Assembly (NCBI GenBank): GCA_012295275.1
Contig: CM022665.1
Location: 10,230,001-10,294,000, forward strand
Direction of reading: 5' to 3'
DNA: 64,000 nt
Source: Chrysomallon squamiferum
Lineage: Eukaryota; Animalia; Mollusca
The position numbers and the translations under genes are program-made. The notes under the pieces are model-generated. The model made no database searches and was not told the DNA's origin. It was given only the letters and a program-made list of their open reading frames with translations. Positions within the stretch are counted from its first letter, which is position 1, and the number at the start of each line of letters is the position of its first letter. This document shows positions 43,559 through 58,709 of the stretch, piece after piece.

Positions 43559-45235
43559 GATTCTCGCTGTTTCTCCTCACTTTGTTTCTTTCATTTTCTC
43601 TTTTTGTCCATTTTCTCTCTTCTTCTTTTTTTCTCTCTCACTCCTTCTTTCTTGTATGTTTTAAGTATGCGCGCAAATTAATATATATGTATATAAGACA
43701 GGAAAATACCTTCGTTTTTTTAATGAAAAAAAAAAACCAACCCCCACCCCAAGTAACACGAACTTTTCAGTAATCTATAAATTTATATATTTTAATACAC
43801 TAGATAAATTCTCGACTCATACTAAATGACTGTATTTTATTGCCCCGTGGAAGGTTTCAGCGTTTGAACACTTTATCAGCAATAAAAAAACGTGTTTTAG
43901 TAAATGTTGAGAGCCGAGATAAATATGTTTTAATTGGATGTGGGTGTGGCTCTAGCATCGTCAGCGTTGGGTTTTATCTTCATGTTTTATTGTTTGAGGA
44001 AATCCAGCTGCCAATGCTGTCAATGGCGTAGTGGCGAGTTCAACAGGCGAACTAAAGTGGGATGAAGAAATATATCCATAAAGCTTCATATTATTGCAAG
44101 CACGAACAATTGTAACTTATATGCGTGTATGTATGGATCGTATGATGTGTATGAATATGTGTGTGTGTGTATGTGTGTGTGTGTGTAGTGCCAGTACGTG
44201 TATATGTTTGTCATATTTAAGTAAGCTTTCATCCATCCATTCATTCTTTATTAATTAACTAAATCATTTTTTTTTCTTACTTTTACTTCTTCCCTTTAGA
44301 GATGCAAATTCTTAGAAAGAATTATAATTAAAAATAACTAAATAAATAAACATATAAAATAATAATAATATATAAAAGTAACACAACTGTGGACCTGTGG
44401 ACTCAAGTCCCCTCTCTCTCTCTCTGTGTGTGTCTGCAGAATTTTAAAAAGATGTAATGCAATCAGCATTTGCTGTGTCATTCACTATTCTGACGTCGAT
44501 ACGGTATTACCTCCCTTGAGGTAATCGGCCATTTCACAGTAACTGAACACCAGTCAATTGGTAACCAGGTTTCTATGCGTGTTACGACACAACTCTGATA
44601 AGACGAACTCAATGCTGTCAGCTGCATGGGAATAACGAGTGAGCTCTGGGAATGGCAATTCTCTATGCCCAATCGACCACTGTGTTTATTAGCGGCTGAC
44701 GTAAGTTAATAAACTTGACAAGCCACAAGAAGCTGGCATGATAGCGAAGACATGCTGATCCGGGTATTTACCGCACCATGCCACTAACAACCGGAACAGA
44801 CATGCACTTCTTAATTGACGCGATGTCTTAATGTAATCTGGATAGAGGTAACAGTAATGAAATCCGACTTTATTTTTAATACAGTTATTCTTATTGAAAC
44901 TGTACTGCTGTCAAACAAGTAAACGAATTGAGGATCTCTAACAGTTCTTCATATAAGGATCCGTTCTACGGCCATATTCAGAATGAGAATTAGTAAAAGA
45001 AATGTTTACCGATTTATTAGTACCATTACCACTACATCTGCTGTTACCCATCACTATTGGTACAAATATCAGTAGTACAACTGCTACTACGACTACCACA
45101 ACAACCACTATTAGTATACTTAATAAATGTGCAATTTTCACTGAATAACAAACACACAGGTATAAATACATGCACGCAAAAAACAAAAACAACAACAAAA
45201 ATCAAACCCCTCAAAATAACAATAAACCCGTCCCC

Positions 45236-45266
<31 letters not shown>

Positions 45267-46122
45267 CCAAAGATTTCTCAGATTATCACTTAAATTTAAA
45301 CACACATACTTTCCGCCCATCTCATTCAAACTAAGAAAAGCCAGTTTATATTTCATCTTGTACAGATGACCACAGACGCAGGTGGACATTCGTTGTATAG
45401 ACCTTACCTAACAGACCATGCAGGATGTTTTAATAACTTATAGCTTCGTAAGTTTTCAAAATCATTCAGCTGTCACATACCAGCATGTTGCGGTCACTGG
45501 ACATAACTCGCCACAGCAGTATGCGCGCACCTGCTTCTGGTTATCTGATTTTATAGTGGATCGAAACGTATCAACAATAGCAGACTACAGAAACATCCAT
45601 TTTACACACACAGTTTTATTAACCCTTTCAATTCGGCGCTTATCTTTTAGTGTCCATATTGTCGATAGTTTTTATTTTATTATATTAATGTATTTTTGGG
45701 GTTTTGTATGTTTTTGGTGGATTTTTTTTTTTTTTTTTTATTTTTTTTTTTTTATAGGTGTATTGTCGTACTGGGTCTTTGAGGTATGGACTGTGGTTCA
45801 TTTACTGAACTATCTTTTTGTATTTTCAAGGATCAAGAGCCGTTTAGTATTTCGAAATTTCGTTACATACTTTTAGATTTAATTTTGAGATGCATACGTG
45901 CATATAAAAACACATACATGTAAACATACAAACATACACATTGATATATATATATATACATAGAAACATATGCACACATATATATAAACACACACACACA
46001 CAAATTAGATTCATACACATAATTACATAGAAACACATAATCAGCGTGCAAGTTAGGTGAATGTTGGATAAATGAATTTAATGCTATTTTTGTTTCTTTT
46101 TTTATCATGTAGTTATTTACCA

Positions 46123-46163
<41 letters not shown>

Positions 46164-46828
46164 CTGGTTTTCTTTATTTGTTTTACTTTCTCTGCAAATT
46201 ATTTCCCGTAAGCTAATATTTGTTACCTGTACCTCTATATTCGTACAACACAATTCAATGGTGTAACACAACGTGCTTAACATCGCATGAAATTAGTTCT
46301 TTGTAATGAGTCAGGAATTTATTTTAAACAAGCAGAAGTAATTTCAAAGAAGCTGAATGCACCACATACAACACTTCACAAACAGCAGTGTTGCTAGTTA
46401 GCATTCCGCAGACTTCAACAAAGAACTCGGTAAGTATTTTCAACGACAACACGACAGTGTCGATAACACGTTATACCATTCCATACACTGACTGTTGATT
46501 AATTTTGTATTGTGCGAACTCGCTTGACACGGACACTAAGAATGCCGTTACGTCGTTAACATTACGTTTTACGCGATAAGTGTTAATATTTCGTTACATC
46601 AGTTTGATTCACACTCACAAATTAATATTACTTCTGTTCCATTCGGCGAATAATGATTCTTAAACGTACGTAACTTATGTGTCGTCAACTGGTATTCAGT
46701 TGGTTCATTAGCGTGCTTAACTTTAGTATCAGCTGGTATAGTTATTTGCGTACGTTACGAATAAGTTTGAATATTCCTTATACTTTCTAAAGAAACATTC
46801 ATAATCTTATATGAAACTTTTACATTTT

Positions 46829-46878
<50 letters not shown>

Positions 46879-48566
46879 AACTTGAAATGTAATAAGAAAG
46901 AGCGACTCTTGGATCCGAACATACCAAAAAATAAAGTAAACTAAACAAAACTGTAACATGGAATCCATTTTAGAAATGTAAATTTAACTTTTCTTCTTTT
47001 GAGTTCGAGTTCTGATTATTACGATAAATATTTTATTCTGTATATTGTCATTTAAAAACGGTTAGATTTTCCCACGATGCAAACTACATTTATGGATATC
47101 GTAAACAAGGAAAGCGCCGAATAGGACGTGTTCGAGCGCGCACCTGTCATAACGGTTGCGTCCTTTTACGTCACAGAAACGTAAGTAGCGCATGGCGTCG
47201 GGCAGACCCCAGCAGATGGCGCTCTCAGAAATGACAATACCTTGCAAATAGTCTACGTAATTAAACACGAAGACAAAGAAAGCTTAGCATGTCTCAAGTA
47301 GAGAAGTCGTCTGCGCCATTTGCAAGTTTAAATAGAAGATAACAATCTTTAACAGACAGAGATAAAAAAAATAAAAAAAAATAAAAAAAAAATAATAATA
47401 GTTACTGTTGCAAATGAAATCTTTAAAAAAAATAAAAAATTTGTTTTTATGGTTGGATTAATTTATATATTAATATCTGCGATATTCATCGTCATCAAAT
47501 TGATAAGCATCACCATTATTATTATTATTGTTGTTATTATTATTGATAGTGGTAGTTGTAAAAGTAGTAGTAGTAATGACTGTTATATTATATACGTAAT
47601 GGAAGAAGCTGTGTTAGTAAAACGCAATAATAATAGCACATGTAGTGGTGACAGTAGTAACAGCAGCAGCAGCATCGGTAGTAATATTGCCAGTAGTAAG
47701 TAATATTATTTATTATCATTACTAAGTTCAGATGGTTATGCTTTCCGATTATCGGATTAATCTCTTTTCGAAAGAGCAGTGACAGCATTTTCTTTTTTCA
47801 TTGAGTTTCAAAGTTTTTTTTTTTTTTTTTAAAAGCTACATTTTACGACAGTCACTGTATTATCAAAGTCTTAAAGAGATTTATTTTTAAAACCGTTAGC
47901 CATACGAACATGCCCAGAAGTGGGCGTTTGTTACTTTCTTGAGTTCAACGGAAATCTTACGCGGAATATCCCTTAAATACTGGATAAGAACAGTTCATTA
48001 CGGCGAAATAACTAACTTTATGAATAGAGCAAGTTAGTTCCCATGCTCAAAGTTGTTCTGCCGTATCGATTCACGTAATTTTCGTGTAACAATAACATTT
48101 AATGCTTACTCTTTGAAGAGATGGCTGTTAAACAACAGCGCCCTCTGTACCCGTTAATAACAGAGTGACACTGCTTCCTGTTATATGTACCGTCGTATGT
48201 CAGCGTGAGATTTACCGTACGATGGGAACCAGTCAGATAATTTCGGGGAGCGAATTCGATGCGCAAATTTTTTGATCGTATTTTTGTATTGATAATACAT
48301 TTTTTTTTTCTTTAATTTCTATTATAAACCGGCCTCTTCCCCACCTCTGACTCTCTTTCGCTTAAATAATAAAAACGTGGTCCATAGTTCATTTTGTGAT
48401 ATGTCCGTGTTAATAAATAAACAGTAACCACCAAAATACACCAAACCATCACATGATAGCGACTATCAACATTATTACTATTAACAACACCGTCATCACT
48501 ACCCTCACAACTACCACAAAAACACAAGTGGGACGCCGGCGACGAAAACAAATTAATAATAGCAAA

Positions 48567-48619
<53 letters not shown>

Positions 48620-48977
48620 GTAGTAGTAGTAGTAGTAGTAGTAATAATAATAATAATAAAAACTGCACCTGATTACTATATGTCATTATTACTACTGTTT
48701 GACACGAACACGCTTGTTAAATGCCAATTACCGTTATTAGATGTGTATCATGTCACTGCGTCACGCCTCAGTCTTGACAGACTCTGTGACATCGATCTGT
48801 CAGAAGCATATCGGCGTTAGATCAAGTTACGTAACGCGTCTCAACATAGGTGTGAAGTACCAGACCAGCCTTTCCCTCATCATCCTATTGTTTGCAGTGA
48901 CATCTGTCAGTGGCTAACTGCATGAGGTAAACCCAGTTAGATCAAATTTACTGTAACTGTAGCGGTAATATAGATAC

Positions 48978-49131
<154 letters not shown>

Positions 49132-50837
49132 CAGGAAGAACAAGAACAAAGGCAGGCAGACAGAGGCCAAAAAACACAGAAACGTAAAGGAACAATATTA
49201 ATCTGTTTGACTTAACATTAATATTTATTTATATTTGGCAGACAAGTCGTATCTATTATTAACGTACATGATGCTTCATCGCTGTCAGCAGATCGACAGA
49301 ATTACAGAGAAAGCTAATTTGCCAAGACGACCGAAGAGAAAGAAAATGGATTTTGTTATGACATCGGTACAGCTATTATTGGGTCGCGTGGCTGTATTTC
49401 CGTTATGAAAATAGAGTCTATTGTTTGGGAAATCGATTCGCTTTCATGTCCTAACTGTTTGGTTAGATCAAAGGGCAGAATACGCGGTGTGTTTCTCTAC
49501 ATCACACAAGGCCGATGTTAAAATAAACCACAGTCGAATAAATAAGTTACGCGTACAAAAATAACCATAATGGATGTTCCGTAGATAGTTAAATGAAGTG
49601 GCGAAAATATCAGCAATTTAGCGTGTTAGAGTCAGTTAACTGAATTTATTGAAATTTTGCACTGTCATAGTGTGATTCGTCTATCTTCAGACTGTTTTTA
49701 GATCTTATTGTATCTCAGTGTTAACGAACATTTATTCAACATTCATTATACACACAGGCACCTCTATATGAAACACACACACACACGCGCGCGCGCGCGC
49801 ATACATACATCATATATTCTACTTTATATCATCAAGTATTTAATTACACATTAGGATAACTACAATAAAAAGCGTAAAACTAATCTTCCAAAATCTCCAG
49901 CTTTAATACTGGTTTTATTTTAGGGGATAATAAAAGTAGTAAAAATAAATTTAAAAAAAAAAAAAAATAATAATAACTATAGTATAATATAATGATATAT
50001 TATATACAGAAAATTGGTCATTATACTGAAAAGCTTACAACTACTGAAGTAAAATAAACGACAGAACATCATCACTTTGTAAACCATGTAATTATGGAAA
50101 ATGCCAAACCTTGACCACACTCTCTCCTCAGTTTACGGTCATTACACACTATTTATCTAGAATTTAACAGACGTATTTTACGTACGTATGCAAAAACTCA
50201 TTAATTTGACGCAGATAATTGTGATCTGCAACATCCTACTACAGCTACGCAGTGGTCAGACTCCCACGGACCGGACGGACGGACAAAGAGACGGCAATTA
50301 TAATTATTATTATTATTATTATTATTATTATTTTTTTTTATTATTAATAACCGGAAATCCGTGTCCATTCCAGTGTCATCTTCCCATTAGTAGAAGTCAT
50401 CCAGATGGCGATGACCAGTTAATTACCGCGGCTGACCACAAATTAACTCCATTACCATTCCCATCTACAGTCAACGTGATTAATTTGAAATGTTAGGTCG
50501 AGAGAACGCCGCGTAAATCACCCGATTTTTCTCTTTAAAGTTGCTGTCTGTGCATGATGCTGCGGAGATAAAATAAATAAACTTTTAATAGAACCATGTT
50601 GGCTCTCCGAGATCTGCAGATGAACGCTGGTTTCCAGTGGTTTTTTTTTTTTGTTTCCGTCTTAGATGTCTGGATTCGGGTGTAGGTCATTAATAGCAAG
50701 CAAGCTTCTGTAAGAAAATTTTCATACAATTTATATGCATGTCGCAGACACCATTTTTGATTTCCCAAGAAAGCTTTAACCAAGACTCATTTGCAGAACT
50801 TTTGATTATGGTTATTTGAAACAGTAACAACAACAGA

Positions 50838-50888
<51 letters not shown>

Positions 50889-51819
50889 ACATACATACAT
50901 TTAATAAAGTTTTGTTTTGGAAAATGTTAGAATGTTTTATTGTAATTCATAAGAAATAATATTCTCTTCGCATATTGTATCAGTTATTTGTTTAATATTT
51001 TAACAAAGAAGCAGAACTTAGACTGAAAACTGTTTTGTACTACGACAACAGTCTATAAACTTTTTTTTTTTAAATTAAGGGCGTCTTTTAAACTGATTTT
51101 TCTTTTAACTATTTTCTTTTATGATTAAAAATTAAATAACATTTTCCGAAACAATCTTAGGCAATTTGGAATGAAATTAAAAAGACTCAATATGTATAAA
51201 ACCTAAGCAAGTAATTTAATAATAAAATAAAAAAATAAAAAATATAATAATATGAAACGAAGAGTATCCTTTTGTTTTGTTTTGTTTTGTTTTTTTTTTT
51301 TTTTTTTTTTTTTTATTATTTTTGAAAATAAAAATCTGACATCATTAAGAGGCTCAGCTGTTTATTTTTGTAACGGGTTTGTTTCGAAATAACGCCAGCC
51401 TGGCACTGTACGATCTAATTAAGGGAGATAATCAAGCGCTCGCACAGCACGCGCACGTGGTGTGTATTACGTCACATATCCATTAAGTGGATGTCGTCAC
51501 TGCAGGACTCCTGTCACGTGAGACACCGAAGGGTCCTTGGTGTTCGGTTAAGATAGAAGAGCCCCATGTGCGCATTGGGAATTAACCCTTCCTAGTAGCT
51601 GAAATTGGAGAAAATTAGTGTCAACAATAACTGTATTAGTGTAAGCTTTTATTGCAGACAGATTATAACTGCTGTTCAAATTAGTACTGGCGAAAGAGGT
51701 TTTGACAGCTGCTTCATACAGAGTTGATTTGTTTAAAATAGCTGCTTTATTATCATCATCATCATTATTATTATTAAAAGAAAGGTATTGATTTGTATAA
51801 AATAGCTGTATTACTGCTA

Positions 51820-51892
<73 letters not shown>

Positions 51893-51924
51893 AAGAGATG
51901 TGTTGATTTATATAAAATAGCATA

Positions 51925-52012
<88 letters not shown>

Positions 52013-52696
52013 AAGAAATGTATTTCTTCTTCATATACATAAATAGGTTGGTAAACAGTTTTATACACAAACATGTATTTATATAAACATAGAGAAGTAG
52101 ACACATGATCAACGACATGCACATACAGACCTGCATACATATTCAACATACACTACAGAATTTGTTTACAGAATACTATACGAGTACTGAATTGCTTTTG
52201 CATAATATTTTCCATTGCAGCTGTCCTCATTAACATAATTCCTAATTAACATAACCTTCATATCAACTCATGTTACAAGTTAATCTGCAAATATTATCGC
52301 AGTTCAAACTTACAACTTGTTTGACTAGAGACAAATATTACGCTAATTTTTTTTATTGTCGTGCATAATGAGATCATTCTGTAACAACCTACACACATCA
52401 AGAATCCTTAATGGGGTTTATAATCGTAATGTTACAAGGTAATTAGGAGAAAGGGTGAATGTAAATATTATTATGAAAATAATATTTGCTTGTTAAATGC
52501 CGCTTGATAATGCTGTGCCGTTATATTCATAATATGAAGGATATTTCTGTCGAAGAGAGTGGTTAATGGGATATTTGGATGTCATGTTGGAATGACATTT
52601 TAACATCTCAGAATAAGTATTAATATATTACGAGAAAGGATCATAGATAGATAGAAAGACAGATGTATTGGGAGAGAGGGCGAGAGAAAGACAGAG

Positions 52697-52779
<83 letters not shown>

Positions 52780-54668
52780 AACAAAAAAAACAGAAAGAGA
52801 CGCACAAACGGAGAACAATAAAAACAGAGAAAGAATGAGAAAAACGGAGAGAATAAGAGAAAAGGGACAGAATGAGAGAAACAGAGATATGGAGACAGAC
52901 AGATATACAGATTGAGAGATTGAGAGAGATAGATCAGTTTTATATATTTAAACAAAGACTGTGAGTCAAAGGTCACGGCAGACTGACTGACAAGGATGAG
53001 TTGATTGTCGACCTCTAGTGACATATGGCATACAGCCACGCCCCGATTATTGCACGCCAATTAGCAACACCTCATTAATACCTGTCATGGAACACCTTAC
53101 CTGGATCTTTACCTTTTAACACCAATTAAAGGTAATTGTAAAGTATTTCAAGAGTTGCGATGAGCTTTAAGAAGATGACCGTTATGTATGACATTGTCTT
53201 GTCCGGTTGACGCTTGACTGCGCAGAAATGACAAATAAGATTCGCCTAGCGAGATCTTTTGAAGTCGTTTTTAGACAAACGCGTCTCCAGACACCGGCTT
53301 ATGGCGAATTCGGGTTTAACAACGCGCTCGCTTCTACAGGGCAATTAAATAGGAGAGGTGCAAATATTTAGCTGATTAAGTTAATTATCGTTTGATTTAA
53401 AATATTAGTGTCACCCGTTACGCTAAGCTTTCTTTGGTGATTATAATTATAATAATTTCCAGTTGGTGCTGTGATTTCGATGACACCCACCTAAATATAG
53501 CATTTTTATGCCTTTGGACTATGATACCTTATCTCAACAAATAAAAAATAAAAGATGAAACGGGTTTTCATTACAAAAATAAAACAACAACAACAATAAC
53601 AACATTATTAATAATAATATTAGTAATAACAGTACTACTACTACTACTAGTACTACTAGTACTACTACTGCTACTACTGCTACTACTACTACTACTACTA
53701 CTAATAATAATATAGTAGTATCAACAACAATAATATCAACAACAATAATAATAATAACAACAGTAGTAGTAGTAGTAATAATAATAACCCCTGGATCAGC
53801 TAAAAACAGTTTCACAATTTCCAGTGTTCTGTAACAATCTCTGTACTTGGTCAAGCACCGAGACGCGATCCCGAAATCCGTCAGACATGATGATGTGTGT
53901 GGTTTAGTCTCAAACCACGACGTAGGAAAGGAAAGCTTTGACCAAGACTCAGTTTGTTTGTTTGTTTGTTTGGTGGCAGGCAGCTCGTTTCTCGCACGTA
54001 ACACCGTCTGACATTTTCACGAGCCTGTACCACACAAAGCAGCAGGTTTACAATCGTCCCGAGTCGTTTTATTCGTCTCGGTCGGCCGAAACTCTACCCC
54101 GAAACCGACTGTAAACCCTCCCCAGATAGCGGCGACTGTTACGTGTCTTTGGATAACTTTGCGTAAAAGTTTACATTGAATCCCGTGTTTCCAACCGTTT
54201 AATGCACTTTTATACGATCTCAGCAATAAATATATGTAACGGTGTCGCTGCGGTGAAGTAATTTTTACGAGGAGACTCGAGGATTAGGCTTTTTTTTTTT
54301 TTTAATACAAATAATTTATTAGAGATAGCGTTTTGCGGCACGTTGACTTTTACTATAACGAATTAAATTTATTGTTGATTTATTATAATTGTGGGACTGA
54401 GGAGTAGATGTTGAAAATCATGACGGTAATGGTTAATGAAATAAAATTATATATTTAACGGTATGTGTATTTACGTGTTTCTCAGTGTGTATGTGATTAA
54501 ACAACAGTCACTGTATATTAAAAAAGATAAATAAGTAAGTTAGTAAGTAAATAAAACGTTATTCGCAAAATTAATATTTCAAGAAGCAAATACGTTATAA
54601 AGATTGTTAAAGCAATCGTTAAAAAAAAAGAAGAAAAAAAAAAGAATAGTAATAAAATTGAAAACGAC

Positions 54669-54714
<46 letters not shown>

Positions 54715-55006
54715 GAAAAGAGGAATCAATTTTAAAAGAATGAACAATGGTGTATTTCTGGAAACGCTAAATAATCCATCAAAGAAATTCACCGTTTATC
54801 GATCGGCTGACCTTTGCCCTCATGGCACAATGAATATTCACATCAATCTGCGCAATTACTGAAACTCGTGTTGTGTAGAGTGTGTGCTCGAGTGAAGTTC
54901 AGGAACAAAGGAATAACGGTTACTGAGCCAACACAGAAATTACACATTGTGTTAATACGAACAATGGATGTCAGAAAAATATTTCAAATATAGAATTTCA
55001 CTTCTA

Positions 55007-55057
<51 letters not shown>

Positions 55058-55080
55058 AGTAGTGGTAGTATTAAATATTA

Positions 55081-55111
<31 letters not shown>

Positions 55112-57014
55112 AAAAACATCATCACCATCACCACCACCACAAACGACAACAACAATAGCGGTAATGTGTCTGATTTATATATATATATATATATATATTT
55201 GTGTAATAATAAAAAAAAAATAGAGTACAAAATAACAAAAGCTACTACTACAGTTACTACTATTTCTACTACTACTACTGCTTCTACTCCTGCTACTACC
55301 ACTAGTACAATTACCATAACAACAACAGCTACTACTGCTACCACCACTGCCACCACAACTGCTAATAATAATAATAATAATAATAAAGATCCGATTCCAT
55401 AGTGATCCAAATTTTGAAAGAAATAATTAAAAAGATAATGAATAAACATCTCCATTCAGTACTTAGAGACCTTAAACAAATGAACAACACAACACAAGTA
55501 GCAATGCACGTTATTTTACACCATGTCAATTACCGAAATGAATGTCGTCTGATCTCGTCAGCAGACGACCATTAATCAGTTTCAACGTTCCCTTCACGAT
55601 CACAATTAGTTAATTTAAAAATAACAAAGTGATCAGTAACAAGTTGGACTTATACCAAGGAATATGCTGAACCCTCGCTGTAATTAACAACACGCAGAGT
55701 ACGAAAATTTCCACTACAGTCGGATTTTGGTGGACATATAAGTGACCGCGAATGAAATTAACAGAGACGATAAACTCTGGGTTTAAAGGTTTAGGATTAT
55801 CTTTCTGTGGAATAATTAAGTGATTGCGTTTTATGTAAATAATTTGTCTGCGCGATAACAGTGAATGTCAAATTGGATTTTTTGTTGTTAATTAGAAGCA
55901 TGTTTATTTGTTACAACTGTTAATTACTGTCCTAATTAGTGTTTGTGTTGATACAATGCAAATCAAATGGTAGCAACATCATAAACAAATGACTACGGCA
56001 ACGACAGTTACGTCATTGGTCAATCATCAACAATCAACAGCGGTAACGGTAACGAGAGACAACAGTTGAAGAATAATGTAATTAAAGAATAAATAAACAG
56101 ACAGTCAGACAAATAAAATAAAATAAAATAAAATAAATAAATAAATAAATAAATAAATATCTGCAGTTAATAATACGAATACAATTTTGATTTTACTGAC
56201 TTTTTAAATTTGTATATTTTTTTTTAATTCTAAGTGTTTAGCATATAATATTGTTTAAGTATTCAGAAAGCTTATAAGCTATGACAGGGAAGGAAGAAAA
56301 GATTAAAAAAAGTACTTTCATTTTTCAAAATTTTTCTTTGTTACGTTTTCTCCCGCAGTTTATTTTGATATATATTTAAATAATTAAATCTAAGAAATAA
56401 TAATTACAGTGAAGATATCTGTGAAAACAAAAGAACAAACATTTCGTAAAAGGATTACACTGAGAAACTTTTCAGAAAGTAATTTAAAAATAATTAACAA
56501 ATAAATGACATGAAAATTAATAAAAAAATAAAATAAAATAACAAAGTAAAACGAAAGGAACTATATTGAATGTGCAAAGATGAAAATCAGTTAACGGGGA
56601 GATAATTTTAGGGTTCTAGTTGATGCTTGACAGTGGTTGTTTCCCCTGGATTTAAACTACTGATTGAAAATTGATAGTACTGCACAGCTGAAGTACTATT
56701 TCTGATGTTGTGTTTATTTTTCTTCTCTGTCTTTCTTTTTAACTGGAAATCTTTGTTCTAAATAAAATATATAAACCTAGCTGAGAATTTTAATTTCAAA
56801 AAATTATTGTGAGATGATGGATAATAATCTTTAATTAGTTATTTTATTTTTCGTTCTGTTTAATTCTATTGTTTTCAAAAAACCTAGTCTCATTTTATAT
56901 CAAGAATAATACATATTTTATTTAAAATTATGATAAAAAAATGAATAAAATCGTAATGCTGTACGAAAACTAACTAACAAATAGTGCGGTGGTTATCGCA
57001 CAACTTTACGCTTA

Positions 57015-57300
57015 ATGAGCCGTTTGCGCGCGCCATGTCCTTCTTTCTTGTATATGAGCCCAATCTGGCTCGTGGCTAGTGTGTACTCGTCCGACCAATC
57101 AGAGGCCAGTAAACTGACAGCATTAGCATATCGATAGTCCCCATGGTTTGTCCAATGAACGCGTTGCTGATGGACCACGTGACTGGTATTACATTCTTGT
57201 CCGGGATCTGATCGTGTATAGTAGTACACAGACATTTAAACTGCGACAGATACTCATGTTTGTGTTCGAAGGAGGCCAACGTGATTCAGTTGTAAGTTGT
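57015..57300 (+). promoter_or_regulatory. Proximal promoter of the CKI gene (E2F-like site, three CCAAT boxes, E-box, Inr-like)
   Basis: TTTGCGCGCGCC at ~57023; CCAAT at ~57060, ~57095 and ~57152; CACGTG at ~57176; TCAGTT at ~57286. This is a local GC/CpG island directly upstream of the CDS. Confidence 0.65.
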
Positions 57301-57333
57301 ACACCTGGTGAAAATATTTTTACTTTTGGAGCA

Positions 57334-57820
57334 ATGCCTGAGAAGACAAGAGTTAAGCGGTGTCTGTTTGGACGACCAAACCACGCAGTGTTGAAAAAGG
57401 AGTTACAAACGACATTAAATGAAGAAATTGACGAAGATAATCTACAACAGGAAAAATGGAATTTTGATTTCGGTTCGAACAGACCTACCATAGGCCGCTA
57501 CCAATGGTCTAAAGTAGGTCCTGACCAGTACATTCCGGAATTCTACAGAAAAGGATACTATACAAAAACGAAAACAGTCCTTGGATATTGTAGTAAACGT
57601 CCAGCTGGTGCCCCCCGCTCGACGACGCAATTGCGAGAATTGGATAACTTATCACATGGAAACGTTACTACAAATAGTAGTGTGACGGACCACTCGGACT
57701 TGTTACAAAGTATTGAAAATGACAGTGATCTCGTTAATCGCGAGGGACACGTGTATAGTAGTAGTAGCAGTAGTAATACTACAGCTTGCGACAACAGCAC
57801 TGTGCAGTCCAAAATAACCG
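57334..57820 (+). CDS. CDKN1B: Cip/Kip cyclin-dependent kinase inhibitor (p27Kip1/p21/dacapo-like), coding exon 1
   Basis: The translation has the CDI-domain hallmarks KRCLFG (RxL cyclin-binding), QEKWNFDF, GRYQW and IPEFY (compare p27 LPEFY). It ends at a strong phase-1 donor ACCG|GTAAGT at 57820/57821. The ATG at 57334 was chosen; an in-frame upstream ATG at 57256 is also possible. Confidence 0.93.
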
Positions 57821-58709
57821 GTAAGTAGTGCATGACTTGTGGTTTTAGGTTTAATATTTTTTTTTTTTTTTCCCCAACTTTTCTACTGATATGATAAAAC
57901 GTTTTTTTTTTTTTTGTTACTTGGAAACAGCAGTTTTCTTTTCCTTTTTATGTTTCTTATTTATTTTTAAAAAAGGTTTCTATAACTAATTTACTGAACA
58001 AACAAAGATTTTTGTTTACAATCTAAATGAAATAGTAACGGTCGTTGTAAATGGAAGTCAAGAGCTTTTTGATAGTTCGCGTGGTCGTGTTAATTTCGCC
58101 TTGTTATGTTGCGAACCACGCTTAGAACAGATTGGCGGGCATTTAAATCCCCAGTCATCTGTGTGCACATGATCAAGCTTGCACACCTTTGTTTGAATCT
58201 GGCGACACTACATCTGATTGGCAAAATACATTTTTCAAGTCGAAACATGTTCTTGTACGTTGTGTCGTGTCTTGAATAATTGCCAACATACGGCGCCGAC
58301 TTCATTCAGGCCGAATACAAGTTCATTCACGACGCGGAAATGGCGAAGTTTTTTCCTGAATTATAATAACAATAATTAACAACACCAAATAAAGTGACTT
58401 TTATCTTTCTGCTTCCCTTTGGATCGCAACCGAAAAACTCATAATTTGACATTAGTAACGCCCACACTCTTTAATAAAAATCAACCAACAGGGAATAAAT
58501 TGTCAGTTTTTGTTTTGAAAATCAGTTTGGTCTTCTTATGAAGGGAAACGTTTTTGTAAATCTATAAAAATACTCTATCCTTACCCTGTTACGTTAATCT
58601 TTGTATAACACATGCGACATTGTGTTATTGATCGAAAAACGCATTTTAATAATGTTTGCTTGATGAATATAACTCGATTTAATATTGATTTTTCTTTCTT
58701 TTTGTTTAG

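Noticed and set aside
51721-52025. CRISPR-like repeat-spacer appearance
   Set aside because: The context is eukaryotic, the spacers are microsatellites of unequal length, the repeats are degenerate, and there are no cas genes.
52369-52390. tgagatcatt resembling the bantam 5' end
   Set aside because: The match ends after 10 nt and there is no precursor hairpin.
57148-57255. In-frame TTG-started N-terminal extension (L)SNERVADGP resembling the human p27 start MSNVRVSNGSP
   Set aside because: It has a non-ATG start and overlaps the CCAAT/E-box promoter region, probably upstream of the TSS. The short resemblance is most likely coincidence.
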